Positions 40,424-62,875 of a stretch of DNA of 64,000 nucleotides are shown in pieces. Positions within the stretch are counted from its first letter, which is position 1, and the number at the start of each line of letters is the position of its first letter. Position numbers and translations under genes: made by a program. The notes beneath the pieces were generated by a model that saw only the letters and a list, made by a program, of their open reading frames with translations, was not told the DNA's origin and made no database searches. This DNA comes from the human T2T-CHM13v2.0 reference genome, Homo sapiens. Location: the NCBI RefSeq assembly GCF_009914755.1, contig NC_060934.1; one strand, given 5' to 3'.

Positions 40424-41440
40424 ATGGGGAAAAAACAGAACAGAAAAACTGGAAACTCTAAAAATCAGAGCACCTCTCCTCCTCCAAAGGAACGCAGCTC
40501 CTCACCAGCAACGGAACAAAGGTGGACGGAGAATGACTTTGACGAGCTGAGAGAAGAAGGCTTCAGACGATCAAATTACTCTGAGCTACGGGAGGACATT
40601 CAAACCAAAGGCAAAGAAGTTGAAAACTTTGAAAAAAAATTTAGAAGAATGTATAACTAGAATAACCAATACAGAGAAGTGCTTAAAGGAGCTGATGGAG
40701 CTGAAAACCAAGGCTCGAGAACTACGTGAAGAATGCAGAAGCCTCAGGAGCCGATGCGATCAACTGGAAGAAAGGGTATCAGCAATGGAAGATGAAATGA
40801 ATGAAATGAAGTGAGAAGGAAAGTTTAGAGAAAAAAGAATAAAAAGAAATGAGCAAAGCCTCCAAGAAATATGGGACTATGTGAAAAGACCAAATCTACG
40901 TCTGATTGGTGTACCTGAAAGTGATGGGGAGAGTGGAACCAAGTTGGAAAACACTCTGCAGGATATTATCCAGGAGAATTTCCCCAATCTAGCAAGGGAG
41001 GCCAACGTTCAGATTCAGGAAATACAGAGAACGCCACAAAGATACTCCTCGAGAAGAGCAACTCCAAGACACATAATTGTCAGATTCACCGAAGTTGAAA
41101 TGAAGGAAAAAATGTTAAGGGCAGGCAGAGAGAAAGGTCGGGTTACCCTCAAAGGGAAGCCCATCAGACTAACAGCGGATCTCTCGGCAGAAACCCTACA
41201 AGCCAGAAGAGAGTGGGGGCCAATATTCAACATTCTTAAAGAAAAGAATTTTCAACCCAGAATTTCATATCCAGCCAAACTAAGCTTCATAAGTGAAGGA
41301 GAAATAAAATACTTTACAGACAAGCAAATGCTGAGAGATTTTGTCACACCAGGCCTGCCCTAAAAGAGCTCCTGAAGGAAGCGCTAAACATGGAAAGGAA
41401 CAACTGGTACCAGCCGCTGCAAAATCATGCCAAAATGTAA
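40424..41440 (+). pseudogene. L1 ORF1, disrupted
   Basis: MGKKQNRK start; extra A at about 40635, TGA at 40812-14, 1-nt deletion at about 41348. Confidence 0.9.
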
Positions 41441-41503
41441 AGACCATCGAGACTAGGAAGAAACTGCATCAACTAACGAGCAAAATAACCAGCTAACATC
41501 ATA

Positions 41504-45323
<3,820 letters not shown>

Positions 45324-47394
45324 ACAATGAGATCACATGGACACAGGAAGGGGAACATCACACTCTGGGGACTGTTGTGGGGTGGGGGGAGGGGGGAGGG
45401 ATAGCATTGGGAGATATACCTAATGCTAGATGACGAGTTAGTGGGTGCAGCACACCAGCATGGCACATGTATACATATGTAACTAACCTGCACAATGTGC
45501 ACATGTACCCTAAAACTTAAAGTATAATAATAAATAAATAAGGAAAAAAAAAGGCTGAACCCTCAAATACTATCACACTGGACGGTAAGGCTTCAACATG
45601 TGAATTACGAGACTTGCGAAGCAGAGAGAAAGAAGAAACTTTATACCAGAGTCGTGCTTTCTGAAAAATGAAAATGCTTTGGATTAAGGCCAACAAATAG
45701 GTACTAAGGCATTGCCTGATGGTGAGAGTGAAGCAGGGCCAGGCACGGCAGCTCGGTATAAACACAGTGAGCAGACAAGGCCCAGAGCCTGGGTTTGTGT
45801 CAGTCCAGCTGGCTAGTGTAGCAGTTAGGACTCCCACGGGGACACAGAGACCAAGCCTGGTCGAGACACCACTGAAAATCCCCTTCCAAACAGAACAGGT
45901 GATCTCTGGTGATATTCACAGCCACACTGCTGAAAACTGCCATACTCACCTCCATCAAGCATTGGAAATCAAGAGCTGAACAAGTATGAATTGTTTTTCA
46001 CATTTAGCCTTTCTGAATATCTTTTCACGAAAGATCATTAAGAATACGTGTTGTCAACACACTAATGAGGTGGCTTCACGAGCTGAAACAAGCAGCTGAA
46101 ATTGGGAGTAAGACTGAGAATTACTTCAGGACAGCAGACCCTGGCCCCAGTGCCAGCCCCCACAGAAGCTGCTGGGCAAGGCCTGGGCCCTTCCCTTTGC
46201 CACAAAGCCTGGGTGGGGGTGGAGGAGCCACTCTGGAGGTGGGGCTTCTTCAGGAAGAAGGCCAGGTGGTGGGTGGTAGGTGCTTCCCCTTGACTGGTCT
46301 CTGAGCCATTTCCTACTGCTCACCGTTACCTTTTTCCTCCTCTGTTGCTAACGAAATGCTCTGCCAAATGTGGCTGGCTGCCCCACCACGGTCTTGCTCT
46401 AGGTTTAATCATTGCTTTGGACGTAGTAGCAGGACATTTTGTTCTTTCAAAAGAGATAACAGAGCAGATTCATACAAGCCTCATGTCCCTCTCACACAGG
46501 TACCTGATCAGAAAGTCTCAACATGTAGACACAATGAAATAAGAAAACAATTTCTCTCTCATCTATTTGTTTCCTGAGGCTTCCTCTTGCCTCAGGATGG
46601 TGTTAGGTTTCAGTGAATCCTGAGCTCTGTGACTACCCAGGATATTCCATTCTCAGCAACAGGATGTGATTGAAGTAAAGCATTCAGGCACAAACTTGTA
46701 ACTGTGCTGCTGAAATAAAAGAGGGCCACGCAGGGAAGGCACCCAAGGGAGAATGTTCCAGGCAACGGGGCCGTTTCTCTGGGAGCCTGCATGAGATTAT
46801 TTTGACTGACTCAAAATGACTTGTGAATGAAAGAACCCTTTTAATTAAAACGTAATGGCAGTTTTAATCAAGGACATGTTGCTGCCACTTTAAAAGAAGG
46901 AAGGAGGAGCTGCGCTTTTGGAAGGCACTTCTGAAAACTGCTGGAATCCAATGAGATGTCAGGTCTAAGAGGAAATCAGAAGGGCAGACAGCCGCCACCT
47001 CGCCTTGCCTTTCCTGCAAGGGTCCTGCATGTTTTCTTTCCTTCCATGCCTGTTTGGTCAGCACGCAGCACACATTCAAAATAACCCGGGAAAGCCCCGC
47101 TTTTCTCCCGCTGAGAGATGATGAGCGACTGAGGCTCTCACAGGAGTCCCTGTGGACAATTTCAGGCCTTTCTCTTTGGTGTTTGGCATCATGCCTAAAA
47201 ATGCCAAATAAAAACCACCCTCACCTTATTTTTTTCAAGAACATTGAGAAATATGACTTAAGATAAAATATGTCCTAAGTATAAGAGAAAGAAGGACATT
47301 TTGGGTTCCACAGGTGACCTGGCATGATTTTTAGCTTTCCCGTCTTCCATATTTAAAGTGAGCAAAGCCAAGGACAATTAAAGATGCTCAAATT

Positions 47395-50925
<3,531 letters not shown>

Positions 50926-51044
50926 AAAAAAAAGAGGCTCTGATGGGCTGCTTCAGAAAGACAGGATTTGAACAAATCGTTGAGAATTTAAGAACAGATA
51001 AAAAGACAATCCTCAGTAATCACTGCCTTAAAAATGTAACCAGA

Positions 51045-51654
<610 letters not shown>

Positions 51655-51756
51655 TTGAAGCAAGGCAGCCGACGTGAAAGCAGAGCGAGAAAAGCTACAC
51701 ACGATGCGGCCTCTGCTGTTCCTGTTCCTGTTCCTGGTCAGTGATGTTGCAGGTTT

Positions 51757-51960
51757 AGGGTCAGCAAACCACAGCCGGCAGCCCGAATCCCTGCCTCTTT
51801 CTAGAAATATGGTGTTACTGCAACAAAACTGTGCCCACCTGTTCATTGTCTGGCTGTTTTCAATGATAGGGTTGAAAAGCTAGAAGGGAATCAAGTGGCC
51901 TGAAAAGCCTAAAATACTTACTCTCTGGGCCTTTACAGAAAAATAGTTCAATAACTCCTT
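51757..51960. mobile_element. MER58A-like hAT-Charlie MITE
   Basis: agggtcagcaaac...aaagcctaaaatacttactctctgggcctttacagaaaa. Confidence 0.7.
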
Positions 51961-52197
51961 CTCTAGGGTCGAAATGCTTCCTGGTGATGAAATCTCAGCT
52001 GTCTAACTGCCATATTGTTTACAGACTGGTATGAGGTCCTTTGTAATTTTTCTGCAGCTAGGTGCATTAGAACCTACCTCCTTAGAAGGTTGTTGTTATA
52101 AGCTCCGTCCCATCTGGCTTCTTCATAGGCCCATGTTGCCATGGGAATGGGCCCAGGAGACTCCAAGGTTTATCCGCCAGGCTGACCTTAGTCTTAT

Positions 52198-53524
52198 TGA
52201 GAGGTGACAGCGTGCTGGCAGTCCTCAGAGCCCTCGCTCGCTCTCGGCGCCTCCTCTGCCTGGGCTCCCACTTTGGCGGCACTTGAGGAGCCCTTCAGCC
52301 CACCGCTGCACTGTGGGAGCCCCTTTCTTGGCTGGCCAAGGCCGGAGCCGGCTCCCTCAGCTTGCAGGGAGGTGTGGAGGGAGAGGCGCGAGCGGGAACC
52401 GAGGCTGCGCGCGGCGCTTGCGGGCCAGCTGAAGTTCCGGGTGGGCGTGGGCTTGGCGGGCCCCGCACTTGGAGCAGCCGGCCGGCCCTGCCGGCCCCGG
52501 GCAATGAGGGGCTTAGCACCCGGGCCAGCGGCTGCGGAGGGTGTACTGGGTCCCCCAGCAGTGCCAGCCCATCGGCGCTGAGCTCGATTTCTCGCCAGGC
52601 CTTAGCTGCCTTCCCACGGGGCAGGGCTCGGGACCTGCAGCCGGCCATGCCTGAGTCTCCCACCCCCTCCATGGGCTCCTATGCGGCCGGAGCCTCCCAG
52701 ATGAGCGCCGCCCCCTGCTCCAAGGCGCCCAGTCCCATCGACCACCCAAGGGCTGAGGAGTGCGGGCGCACGGCACGGGACTGGCAGGCAGCTCCACCTG
52801 CAGCCCCTTTGCGGGATCCACTGGGTGAAGCCAGCTGCGCTCCTGAGTCTGGTGGGGACGTGGAGAACCTTTATGTCTAGCCCAGGGATTGTAAATACAC
52901 CAGCAGGCACTCTATCTAGCTCAAGGTTTGTAAACACACCAATCAGCACCCTGTGTCTAGCTCAGGGTTTGTGAATGCACCAATCGACACTCTGTATCTA
53001 GCTACTCTGGTGGGGACTTGGACAACCTTTGTGTCCACACTCTGTATCTAGTTAATCTAGTGGGGTCGTGAAGAACCTTTGTGTCTAGCTCAGGGATTGT
53101 AAACGCACCAGTCGGCGCCAAGTCAAAACAGACCAGTCCGCTCTACCAATCAGCAAAATGTGGGTGGGGCCAGATAAGAGAATAAAAAGCAGGCTGCCCG
53201 AGCCAGCAGTGGCAACCCGCTGGGGTCCCCTTCCACACTGTGGAAGCTTTGTTCTTTTGCTCTTTGCAATAAATCTTGTTACTGCTCACTCTTTGGGTCC
53301 ACTCTGCCTTTATGAGCTGTAACACACACCGCGAAGGTCTGCAGCTTCACTCCTGAGCCAGGGAGACCACGAACCCACCAGAAGGAAGAAACTCTGAACA
53401 CATCCAAACATCAGAAGGAACAAACTGCAGACGCGCCAACTTAAGAGCTGTAACACTCACGGCGAGGGTCCGCAGCTTCATTCTTCAAGTCAGTGAGACC
53501 AAGAACCCACCAATTCCGGACACA
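52198..53524 (+). mobile_element. LTR12C (ERV9) solo LTR, CpG-rich
   Basis: tgagaggtgacagcgtgctggc...ccaattccggacaca; 4-bp TSD TTAT; CCAAT repeats, GATA site and gaataaaa TATA-like box at about 53180. Confidence 0.93.
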
Positions 53525-56500
53525 TTATTGTTGATAAATCTGAGGTCAAAGGCATCAACAGATGATTGAGAAGTTTAACTCCAAGTGCCGTTTCATTATC
53601 AAATATTTTTAAGCAAATCTCCATTTTACTCCAGATACTTCTGAACACGTTCTGCTATGAGATCTTCACTTTATTCCAATCTTTTGCATTCTACCATCAT
53701 TTTTAAGCCAAAATACTTCAGGCAGGCTAGAAGATGAAAAAATATTTATGTCCCAAATAAGTGGCATGCACTACTGTCGTAGAAGAGAATCCATGGGGTG
53801 CAGGGACCCACGTATCTCCCTCTTGGGAAGTGCATCTCAGGTCAGGGACTCCTACAGGGCCCAATGACTGGGGCTTCAAATAATCCCACAGAGCTGAGCC
53901 AGGAAGTAGAACAATAATTAGAAGTGAAAAATGGACAAGTCTGCAATATAATCCAATGGAGACAATTCAAGGAGGAAATTGGCAAACCACTATGTTTGCA
54001 CAGGTACGTTATGGAAGGAAAGGAGGGAATCCTAAGAAACAAGAGATTTCTTAAGGCTGATTTGTGCAGACATGATGCAGATCATTTTCTTAAGAACTAT
54101 CTGCCCAACAACACAATTCAGTCCTCCAGGTTTTTACTTCCCAGTGTTCTTCAAAAATGTGTATCAATGAGGAATTTATTTGAAGAACAGCTCCTTGTTT
54201 GAAGTTGCTGATCTTTGCCTAGAATAGGCCAAGGAAAATATACCTCATCCCGTTAAGGAGTTAGAAAGCTGTTCCAGCAGATCATATTGTAGCAAACCTG
54301 ACATAAGTTCATTTAAATGCTAAGGATCTGATCTGAGCTTGTGTTTCTGGAATTGCCAATGCACATTTCAGAGGGCCTCAGTAACTGTCAGCCAAGCCTT
54401 GGTTTTGCTTTTTGCCTTTGGCAAACCCACTCAAGAATGGTTCTAAACACAAGGACCAGAGATGTGGAACAGGGTGAAAGCAGCGGGGCTGGGAACACCT
54501 GCTTCCCGGCAATCTGGCTGCCTGGCCTTGGACAAGTTATCACCTGAGCCTCACTTGTAAAATGGTGATAATAGGGTCTCCCTCCAGGGGTGGCTGAGAG
54601 TCAGAGAAGGGAGCTGCGAGGGCTTCTCAAGATCAAGGATCTGTCAGCTTAGCTGCTCCTGGGAAGGAGGCTGAGACTCACATTGTCAGCTTTCACTCAC
54701 TAAAGAGAGTCTTGCTTGAGGGGCTTGGACAAACAGGAGCTGGGATTAGAGTGGGTGGGACTGGGAAGGAGAGAGAGAAAAAAGGAAAGAAGCAAAGATT
54801 GACTCTCCAAATCTCTAAAATCACCCACCCTACAAGTGCAGAAAGCTTGTTCTGAGCAGAAAGGACTTGATCCGGAGCCAGGTAGATCACCTTCTCTCCT
54901 GGAGGCAGCTCTGGAAAAAGGCTCTTAGGCTTCTGGCAGTTCCTCCCCTGAGAATCTCACCCTCTGCAGGTCTCCTCCTGCCTGGGAAACAAAGTCTCTC
55001 CAGTCCTTTTGCTGCCTTATGCCCCTGATCCCTGCACCCCCGGACCGGACCCCCAGCCCCATCCCATCCATGGGAACCACCAAGCTCCAAGTACTTATTG
55101 AGCCACCACCTTCTTCCAGGGACTCACCACCCCTGTCGGGGGATGCAGGGTTGCAGTGGAGAGCAGCCAGCTGGGGTCATTGGGAATACCAGAGTTGGGG
55201 CTTGGATGGAAACTGAGTGGGGAGGGCAGCAGTTCTGGGGAGGTGGGAGGAGATGTAGGTAAGTGAAGGGGGCCAGGGAGCAGCCCTGCAGGTAGGGGGC
55301 CGGCCAGAGGCTGGCAGCAGGAGAGGAGACCCCTGCAGGCAGTATGGACAGTGGGGCAGAAGTGAGCAGGCGGGAGGGCACATGCCACTTGAGGGCCCGG
55401 TGTGAGCTCAGCGAGGGGATCCAGCCAGGGTCCCTCCTGCAGAGGAACCAGCCTCAGTGTGGTCCGAAGAGCCCCAGGAGCTCAAGAAGGTGGCAAAGCC
55501 ATGGCAGGCAGAGGGAAACTCAGGGAGGGGAAAGAAAAGATCGGAACTGAGGGGAGTCCTGCAGCAGCTACAGCGGGGAAGTGGTTCTGCAGCACCGTTT
55601 CCAGATTGCAGGGCTCGTTTAGAACCGTCTCAGCCTGCTGGGGTGGGAGACTGGAGAGGAGCTGCCCACAGCCTCCAGGGTGTTGTCAGAGCTTGGTGCT
55701 TGCCCTGCTCTGTCGGCAATCAGCACGGTTGCTGTGATGACACTGAGCTGCCTTGGAAGGAGATGCACAGGTAATGGGGAGCTTTCTCAGGAATGCCATA
55801 AACTGTGACATAGGCCTCTCCTCGGGACTTTACAAAGCCTTAGTGAAATTCTGAAATCCACCAAATGCTTAATGTGATTCGGTTTGGGGGAAAAGCCAGA
55901 GAGGGGAACTGAATGTTGAATCAAGATTGAAACAGCCTCAGCCCACATGATGATGTGAGCAGCCACACATTTAGGTCCCCAAAAGGGTCACTGATAGGGT
56001 CACACTGGTCTGGCCCAGGAAGGGTCTGTCTGCATCTGTGCTGAGAGCTGGGGCCTCTGGAGGGCTCAGCGGAACCAGGTGAGACCAGCCAGCACCAGCC
56101 TGAGTCCTCAGCCCCCGGGCACCAGAGGCCTTCCCACCTGACTCTGCCATGACAAGTGCCCTGACTGTCTGCAGTGTTCTAGAAAGGTGACCAACAGGTG
56201 TAGGCTAATTACATTTCAAAAAAGTTTTTTTTTTTTCCCGGCACATATAACAGGACTAGTCCTCTCCCCTCTTCTCATCAGATTCCATTTCCTTTAGCAA
56301 ACGCACACGGTGTTCGATTTAAGTGCAATTCTCAGAAAACTTAATAACTGCAGTGTTTAATTAGTCTGACAACATTTATTGAAGCGATGAATACAGAAAA
56401 AAGTACTTTCAAGGAAGAAAAATGATGTGTCATTGTTTTGTGTTTTCTTTTCTCAAATCTGTAGGCAGGTATGAAACCGAGCAGCAATCTCTGTCTTGAA

Positions 56501-56669
56501 AAGCTGGTATTTCTGTTTCTAGAACGTATGTGTGTTTGGGGTGGGGTATAGAATAGAGGGATGAACTGAGTCCTTCACCCACTACCTGGTCTGCTCACTC
56601 TGCCCACGCGTGTCCCCTCGGCAGCCCTGTGAGTGCCTGAGCTGTGGCTCCCCAGGCAGTGAAGAGCTA

Positions 56670-56770
56670 GGCCCTGGAGCCAGACCCCCAGAGGTGATTC
56701 CCAGCTCTGCCATTGCCATGCCTCAGTTTCCCCATCTGCAAAATTGGCTTAATGACAGTGCTTCCCTCTT
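56670..56770 (+). mobile_element. MIR core
   Basis: cccagctctgcc...gcctcagtttccccatctgcaaaattgg. Confidence 0.65.
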
Positions 56771-57234
56771 GCAGTCATAAAGCTCTTAGAATACAGCTTG
56801 GCAGAAAAATGTTGCCTGTCACTATTTGTGCTGTAAAAGCCCTACCTCTTGGCCGAATGGAGCTCAGTAAACCAATGGGAGAAACAGGTCCCTTCTGAGA
56901 TCTCCCTAGATCCCTATTCAGCCCCTGGTAGGCTCACAATAAGGGCTCAGTGTTTGTGGGAGTGAGTATCTGTGCAGAAGGAAGATCAGAATCCAGAGGT
57001 GACAGTTTAAGGTTAACATATTATTTTCCCAGCATTTCAAAAGAAAATGCCGTGAAACACTAGTCCCACAAGATATTCCTGAGAAAAAACAAATGGGATA
57101 GGAACCAAATGAGCTGGGAAAACAGGGCATTCAATGTCTCCCCTCAGAGATTCCCAGTGCACGCTTGCACTTCAAAGGCTCTGAGAAGTCCTACCATAAA
57201 GACACCTGCTTAAATGTGTTTCAGCCAATACTAG

Positions 57235-57734
<500 letters not shown>

Positions 57735-58384
57735 TAGAAAGCCTTTCTAAGCAGGCAACAGAGCAACGATGCCACTCTCTCAATAGGATTTCTGGAAGGC
57801 CCAGCACTGCAGTACCAGGGAGGATCCAGGGGTCTAAGCCTTGTAGGAGGCTAGTACCTCAACCATGGAGACAGATGGTTTCTTTCCAGAGCACAGCCTC
57901 AGGGCTCCCTTTCAACTGATCTGACCTTGGCTGACGCTAAAGGATTTAATGTCTTTTCCCAGAGTGAAACTAAATCTTTTCTATATACGAAGCTGAGAGA
58001 CCATCAGACAATTTTTTTCCAAGCCTAGAAGTTTCATGGGGAAGAAAACAACAAAAACACGTAAGCCAAATCAAACCAAACCAAAACAAAAGCAACCCTG
58101 AGAACAGAAACACACTAATGAGATTTCTGAGCCTTTAAAAGCTTCTGAATAATTCGTGCAACCACAACTTTCCTTCTTTTTTGTTTCTTAGGATTCCCAG
58201 GGTAAGAGGACTCAGCTTTGCCATGGTCCCTTCCAAGTGGCATCCTGTCTCTGCTTACACACCTCCAATGATGGGCTGCTCACTACCTCCCAGGCTGTCC
58301 CTTGTATTACTCTTAACTTCCATCACCAGAATGTGCTTTAGGTAACAGTAAGATGACTCCAGAGATCCCCCACATCAGACTGGT

Positions 58385-58610
58385 TGTCTAGTGTAGGCAT
58401 TGAAACTCTGGATTCTGAATTAGGCCTCCTGGATTAGAACCCCAGCTCCACCATTTATGAGCTATGTACAAGTAGGCAACATGCCACATTCCTCTGTGCC
58501 TCAGTTTACTCACCTGCAAAATGGGGGATCATACACTGTACTTATCCCATAGGGTTGCTGAGTGATAACACTCATATCAGTGTGTGGCGCATAGTGCTAT
58601 GCAAGGGTTT
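58385..58610 (+). mobile_element. MIR (MIRb-like)
   Basis: cccagctccaccattt...ctctgtgcctcagtttactcacctgcaaaatgggg...atagggttgctgag. Confidence 0.75.
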
Positions 58611-61189
58611 GATGCTATTCTTTTCTAAATTGTGATGACTTGGGACATTCAGCAGCGCAGTCTTTTCTAGATTCTCCATCAAGCACATACAGGTCTGCGC
58701 ACCCAGCCTGGACATCAGCCCTTTGGACTTATACCAGGCAGCCATGTCCCAAAGGCACAGCCATGGCACCAGGAGGAAAAGGCCAGGGAACGACCAGGAC
58801 ACTGGGAGCTACTCTGCCCATCCACTGTGGTAAGTTCTTGTGCTGAAAGCTCAGGTCCTCAATCCAAACTATCCTCCCTTTAGATTATGGCCTCCTGGCC
58901 TCATTTTCTGATTCACTGAGGTTCATTCACTGAGACTTTGGACGTGAATGGTTGTGTAGCTCATCACCCTCTTCTCCTTCTGCTGGAACCTATGTGGCTG
59001 CCAATAATGAAGGGGTGTCTCTTAACTTCACTCACCATCTGCTTTCAAGCCTTGGGACCTGGTAAAGAAGCAGTGTCCCAGGTGGAACTCCCCAGGACCC
59101 TGGGACCAGGAACCTGTTGCCTCTTGCTGGAGATGGCCCTGAGGACATCTGGAGGCACTCCTAGTCCCCAGAGATGCTTCATCCCCCAGTCCACAGACCC
59201 AGTTTCCTGGCAGTGCCCTGCCTGTCTCTCTCCTGGGGATGTACACAGGTGCCCCACTGGAAGCAGCTAGAGAGTAGGTGAGGGACAGGGGGATGGAAAG
59301 GATATTGGGCCAGGTCAAAATACATCACAGATGGAAAACATCCAAGTGACCCGGATGGGAGAGCACCCATGAGTGGGTGTCCTGCTGGGCATCCCCCTAA
59401 CCTCAGACTCTCAGGGAGTGAAGCTTCCATTGAGTCACCCTTGCCAAACCATGCGCCATATGATCCTCAGAGCTTCAGGGTAGCCACGATCACCCCACTT
59501 CACAGAGGAGTGAACTAGGCTCAGAGAGGTTGAGAAAACCAGGATGACCAACCATTCTGGATTGCCCCAAAAGGAGGAGTTTCAACTAGGACAGTCCTTG
59601 GCAAACTGGGACAGTTGGTTGTGCTGCAATTAAGTGACAAATTTGGGATGCAAGTCAAAGCCCTGCCTGACATCCTGGTCTGAGCCACTTCCACTCTAAC
59701 CAGCTTTCCAGAGGAGGGAGAATTTAGAAGGATCTGATCCCCAGTGATGCTGGAATCACAAGTGCTCTCTTCCTGCAGGAGGGGGAAGCTGAGTTCGGTC
59801 AGCAAATGAGACAGGAAGGCCCAGAAACCAGCAGGGGCCAGAATTAAAGGATTGTCTTCTTAGCCATGCTCTGTTGGAAAGAATGCAGTTTTCAAAACAT
59901 TTTTAAACTTTTTTGCGCCGTGGACTTTGGACATTCCAAGTAAATCTATTTGCAACACTGGACCAAGTTATACCATTTTGGTTTGGGGTGCTTTCCTTTC
60001 ATACAAAAACTACCAAAGAAAGCCATTGCTGCTTCTTCTGTCCTTATTTTTCTCTTGAACGAATAGCAGATGCTTTAGGGGAAATGAAACTGAACATGTT
60101 GGCTGAAAACCAAAACATCAGTCTACAGCATCTGGGCTTTAGAACCAGGATTCTTTTCCTGCTACCTTGGGGGTGGCTCTGTTTTTAATTACAAGGCCAG
60201 CAAATGACAGTGCTCGCTCCTGACAATGGCACCAGGGTCATTCTTCATGAGGACAGGGTCACAGTGGCCACTACTCATTCCAACGCTAGTCTCAGAGATT
60301 GTCATGCTCAGGGCCACCTTCCACTGTTTGATCTACTCAGGAATCCTGGTGAGATCAGATTCAATAAATAAACTAAATAAACCACCAATGAGGTTTAAAT
60401 AAAGCTGTAACACTGCTTGCAGGCGGAAGCATTGTGACTGTTAAGATACCATAAACAGTCAGGATGTTGCCTGCACTTGCAGGGGGATGAGAATTTAAGA
60501 AAGCTCCAGAGAGGTTGCTCCGTTTCCTTGCATTTGCTTCCTGGCCCACCCCTACTCTCATCTCCTCCTTCCCATTTTCCTTTCCTACCCTGACCAACTT
60601 GGATGTTGGCCACTCCTAGTGAGGCTGGCTGAGAGTCTTGCTGGGTGTGAATTAGACCACGTGAAACCACTTGAGGTCATTAGAATGTTAAGTGGAGAAG
60701 CAAGTCCCGACTAACACAGAGTGGCCTGACCTCACTGTCCAGCTGCCAGAATGAGGGCAAAGGCTCATCTGAAAGTTCGTGAAGACCCAGCTCCCATCTG
60801 AACACACAGGGAGGCACTTGTGCCTTGGAGAACCAATGACATGGAATATACTCCTGGGAAAACCTCCCTTTGTGGCCTGGGCCTGTCAAGCAAATGGCAC
60901 TTTTGGCCTTCGGTCATCAGATTGACCCTTATGTTCATTAGAGTCAGTAGGCTTTAAGCCATCAGTGGTTGAGGCAGCTTAACTCGTATACATGAGTGGG
61001 ATTATGAATGGAAATGCTGTGTTTGAGAACTGAGCGGCTAGTGGCTTTTCATAAAGTCATCGCGATGCTTGGTGAGCCTCAGGCCCGGCCTCTGATGGAC
61101 CTTCCCAGGGCCATCCTCCCACACCCTGAGCCACAGACATGAGCGTCCACCTGAGCTGACAATCAGGACTCTGGAACACCTGACTCTCC

Positions 61190-61621
61190 TGTAGTGGAGT
61201 GAATAGTATCCCTTCCAAATTCACCTCCATCTGGAACCTCAGAATGCGACCTTACATGAAAATAGGGTCACTGCAGATGTAATTAGTTAAAGATCTTGAG
61301 ATGAAATGCAATGACTCCTATCTTCACAAGAAGAGAAGAGGACACAGAGACTCACACAGAGGGAAGAAGGACATTTGATAATGTGGGACAGAGATTGGAG
61401 TTGTGCTGCCATAAGCCAAGAAATCCCAAGTTTTGCCAGTCACCTCCAGAGGCTAAGAAGAGGCAAGGAGGGTCCCCCCACTAGAACCTGCAGAGAGAGC
61501 CTGGTCCTACCAACCCTGATTTCAGACACCTGGTCTCCAGAACTGCTAGAGAACAGTTTTCTATTGTTTTAAGCTAGCACATTTGTGGTCATTTGTTACG
61601 GCAGCTCTAGGAAGCTAACCA
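61190..61621 (+). mobile_element. MLT1B/C-type MaLR LTR
   Basis: tgtagtggagtgaat...ggaacctcagaatgcgacctt...tttgttacggcagctctaggaagctaa. Confidence 0.8.
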
Positions 61622-62875
61622 CCTCCAATGAACAAAAATGAGGACCCAGAATTCTTCTGGGTCCTCTTCAAGTTGTAGAGATAATCCCCCTGCATTTTGC
61701 CCAAAAGACTAAGAATTCTAACTCTACCCTCCTGTCCTTCTTTCTGGCTGAGGGTGGCTAGGAGGAGGCCTTTTGCTTGTGTTTGTTTTACTTGGAGTCC
61801 TTGTCAGGTAAGGACCCACTTTCTAAAAAGAAAAGGATGTCCTTCAGTTGCACCTTTGGACTTAGAAATTCCATTTGCAGCCAGATTTACACCACAGGCT
61901 CAGTACCTTCGGCCTCCATCACCATGTTCAGCAGCCCTCCCAGGCTTGGTGGCATTTCTTTCTGTTGTCTGCTGCTGATCAGAGGGAACTATGAACACCC
62001 AGCAAGTCCCAAACTCATAGCCTGGGGAACGTCCAGCTTGTCAAAGACATTGGACCCATGATGGTGGCTTGGGGAAGGTTCCAGAGTCAGGGAATCTCTT
62101 TGGCTTTAGCGTTCTAACTTTCTGGAGCCCAGAATCCCTTTTGCCAATACATTCCAATCTGTGCTCCTTGGAACTGTAATGCCCTGCAAAATATTAATAA
62201 ACATTTTTAAAGCATCATGATCAAATATGTCTGGGAACTGCCAACATAAATATAATTAAATGGCTTTCTTACTGCAGAACTTCTCAGAGCCTTTAATATG
62301 CCAAATACAAGTTGTACCCCTCCAAGTAAAGGATGTGGTATTTGGGGATTCTCAAGCCTGTTAATCATAGGTTTTCCTCTGTGTTCTGCCTGCCTCTGCC
62401 TGACTGTGCTTTTATGAACTTCAGCAATGAAGAAATCCCTCCCTTGCTTCTCTTCCATGCTTTAAGGAAGCCACTCTACCCTTCCAGTTTCTCCCATAAA
62501 TCCATGTAACTATGCAGCTTCCTGGTCCAGAACTTTTCACTAGGTCTCGAGCCCCCACGGCCAGAATTCACTTTTGAATGGCATAAAAGATCCGCCCAAA
62601 ATCCAGAGCCAGGCAACCTGTCCTGCTCAGTGTCTACCATCTGTACCCCTCGAAATGGGCCTGAAACCCACGTGGTTCTGAACCCACAGCACAATCACAG
62701 TGTTGCTCTTGCTGTCTGAAACACCAGCTGCCTGGCTCATCTGTCTGACAAACAAGGACACATCCTTGAGGCTTTGTGCCCACCCCCCAATGCCTCCCCT
62801 TATCTGGATCAGGAGCCCACCTCTGAGCCCCACACCCCTGAGCTTACCACAAGATCTGCTTCTCTACATAATAAT

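Noticed and set aside
52082-52949. Several overlapping 100-170 aa ORFs
   Set aside because: Stop-poor GC-rich LTR12C sequence open in many frames on both strands
54880-55780. GC-rich ORF cluster as a possible gene or CpG-island promoter
   Set aside because: Few CpGs, ORFs open in several frames on both strands, no coherent splice structure or domain
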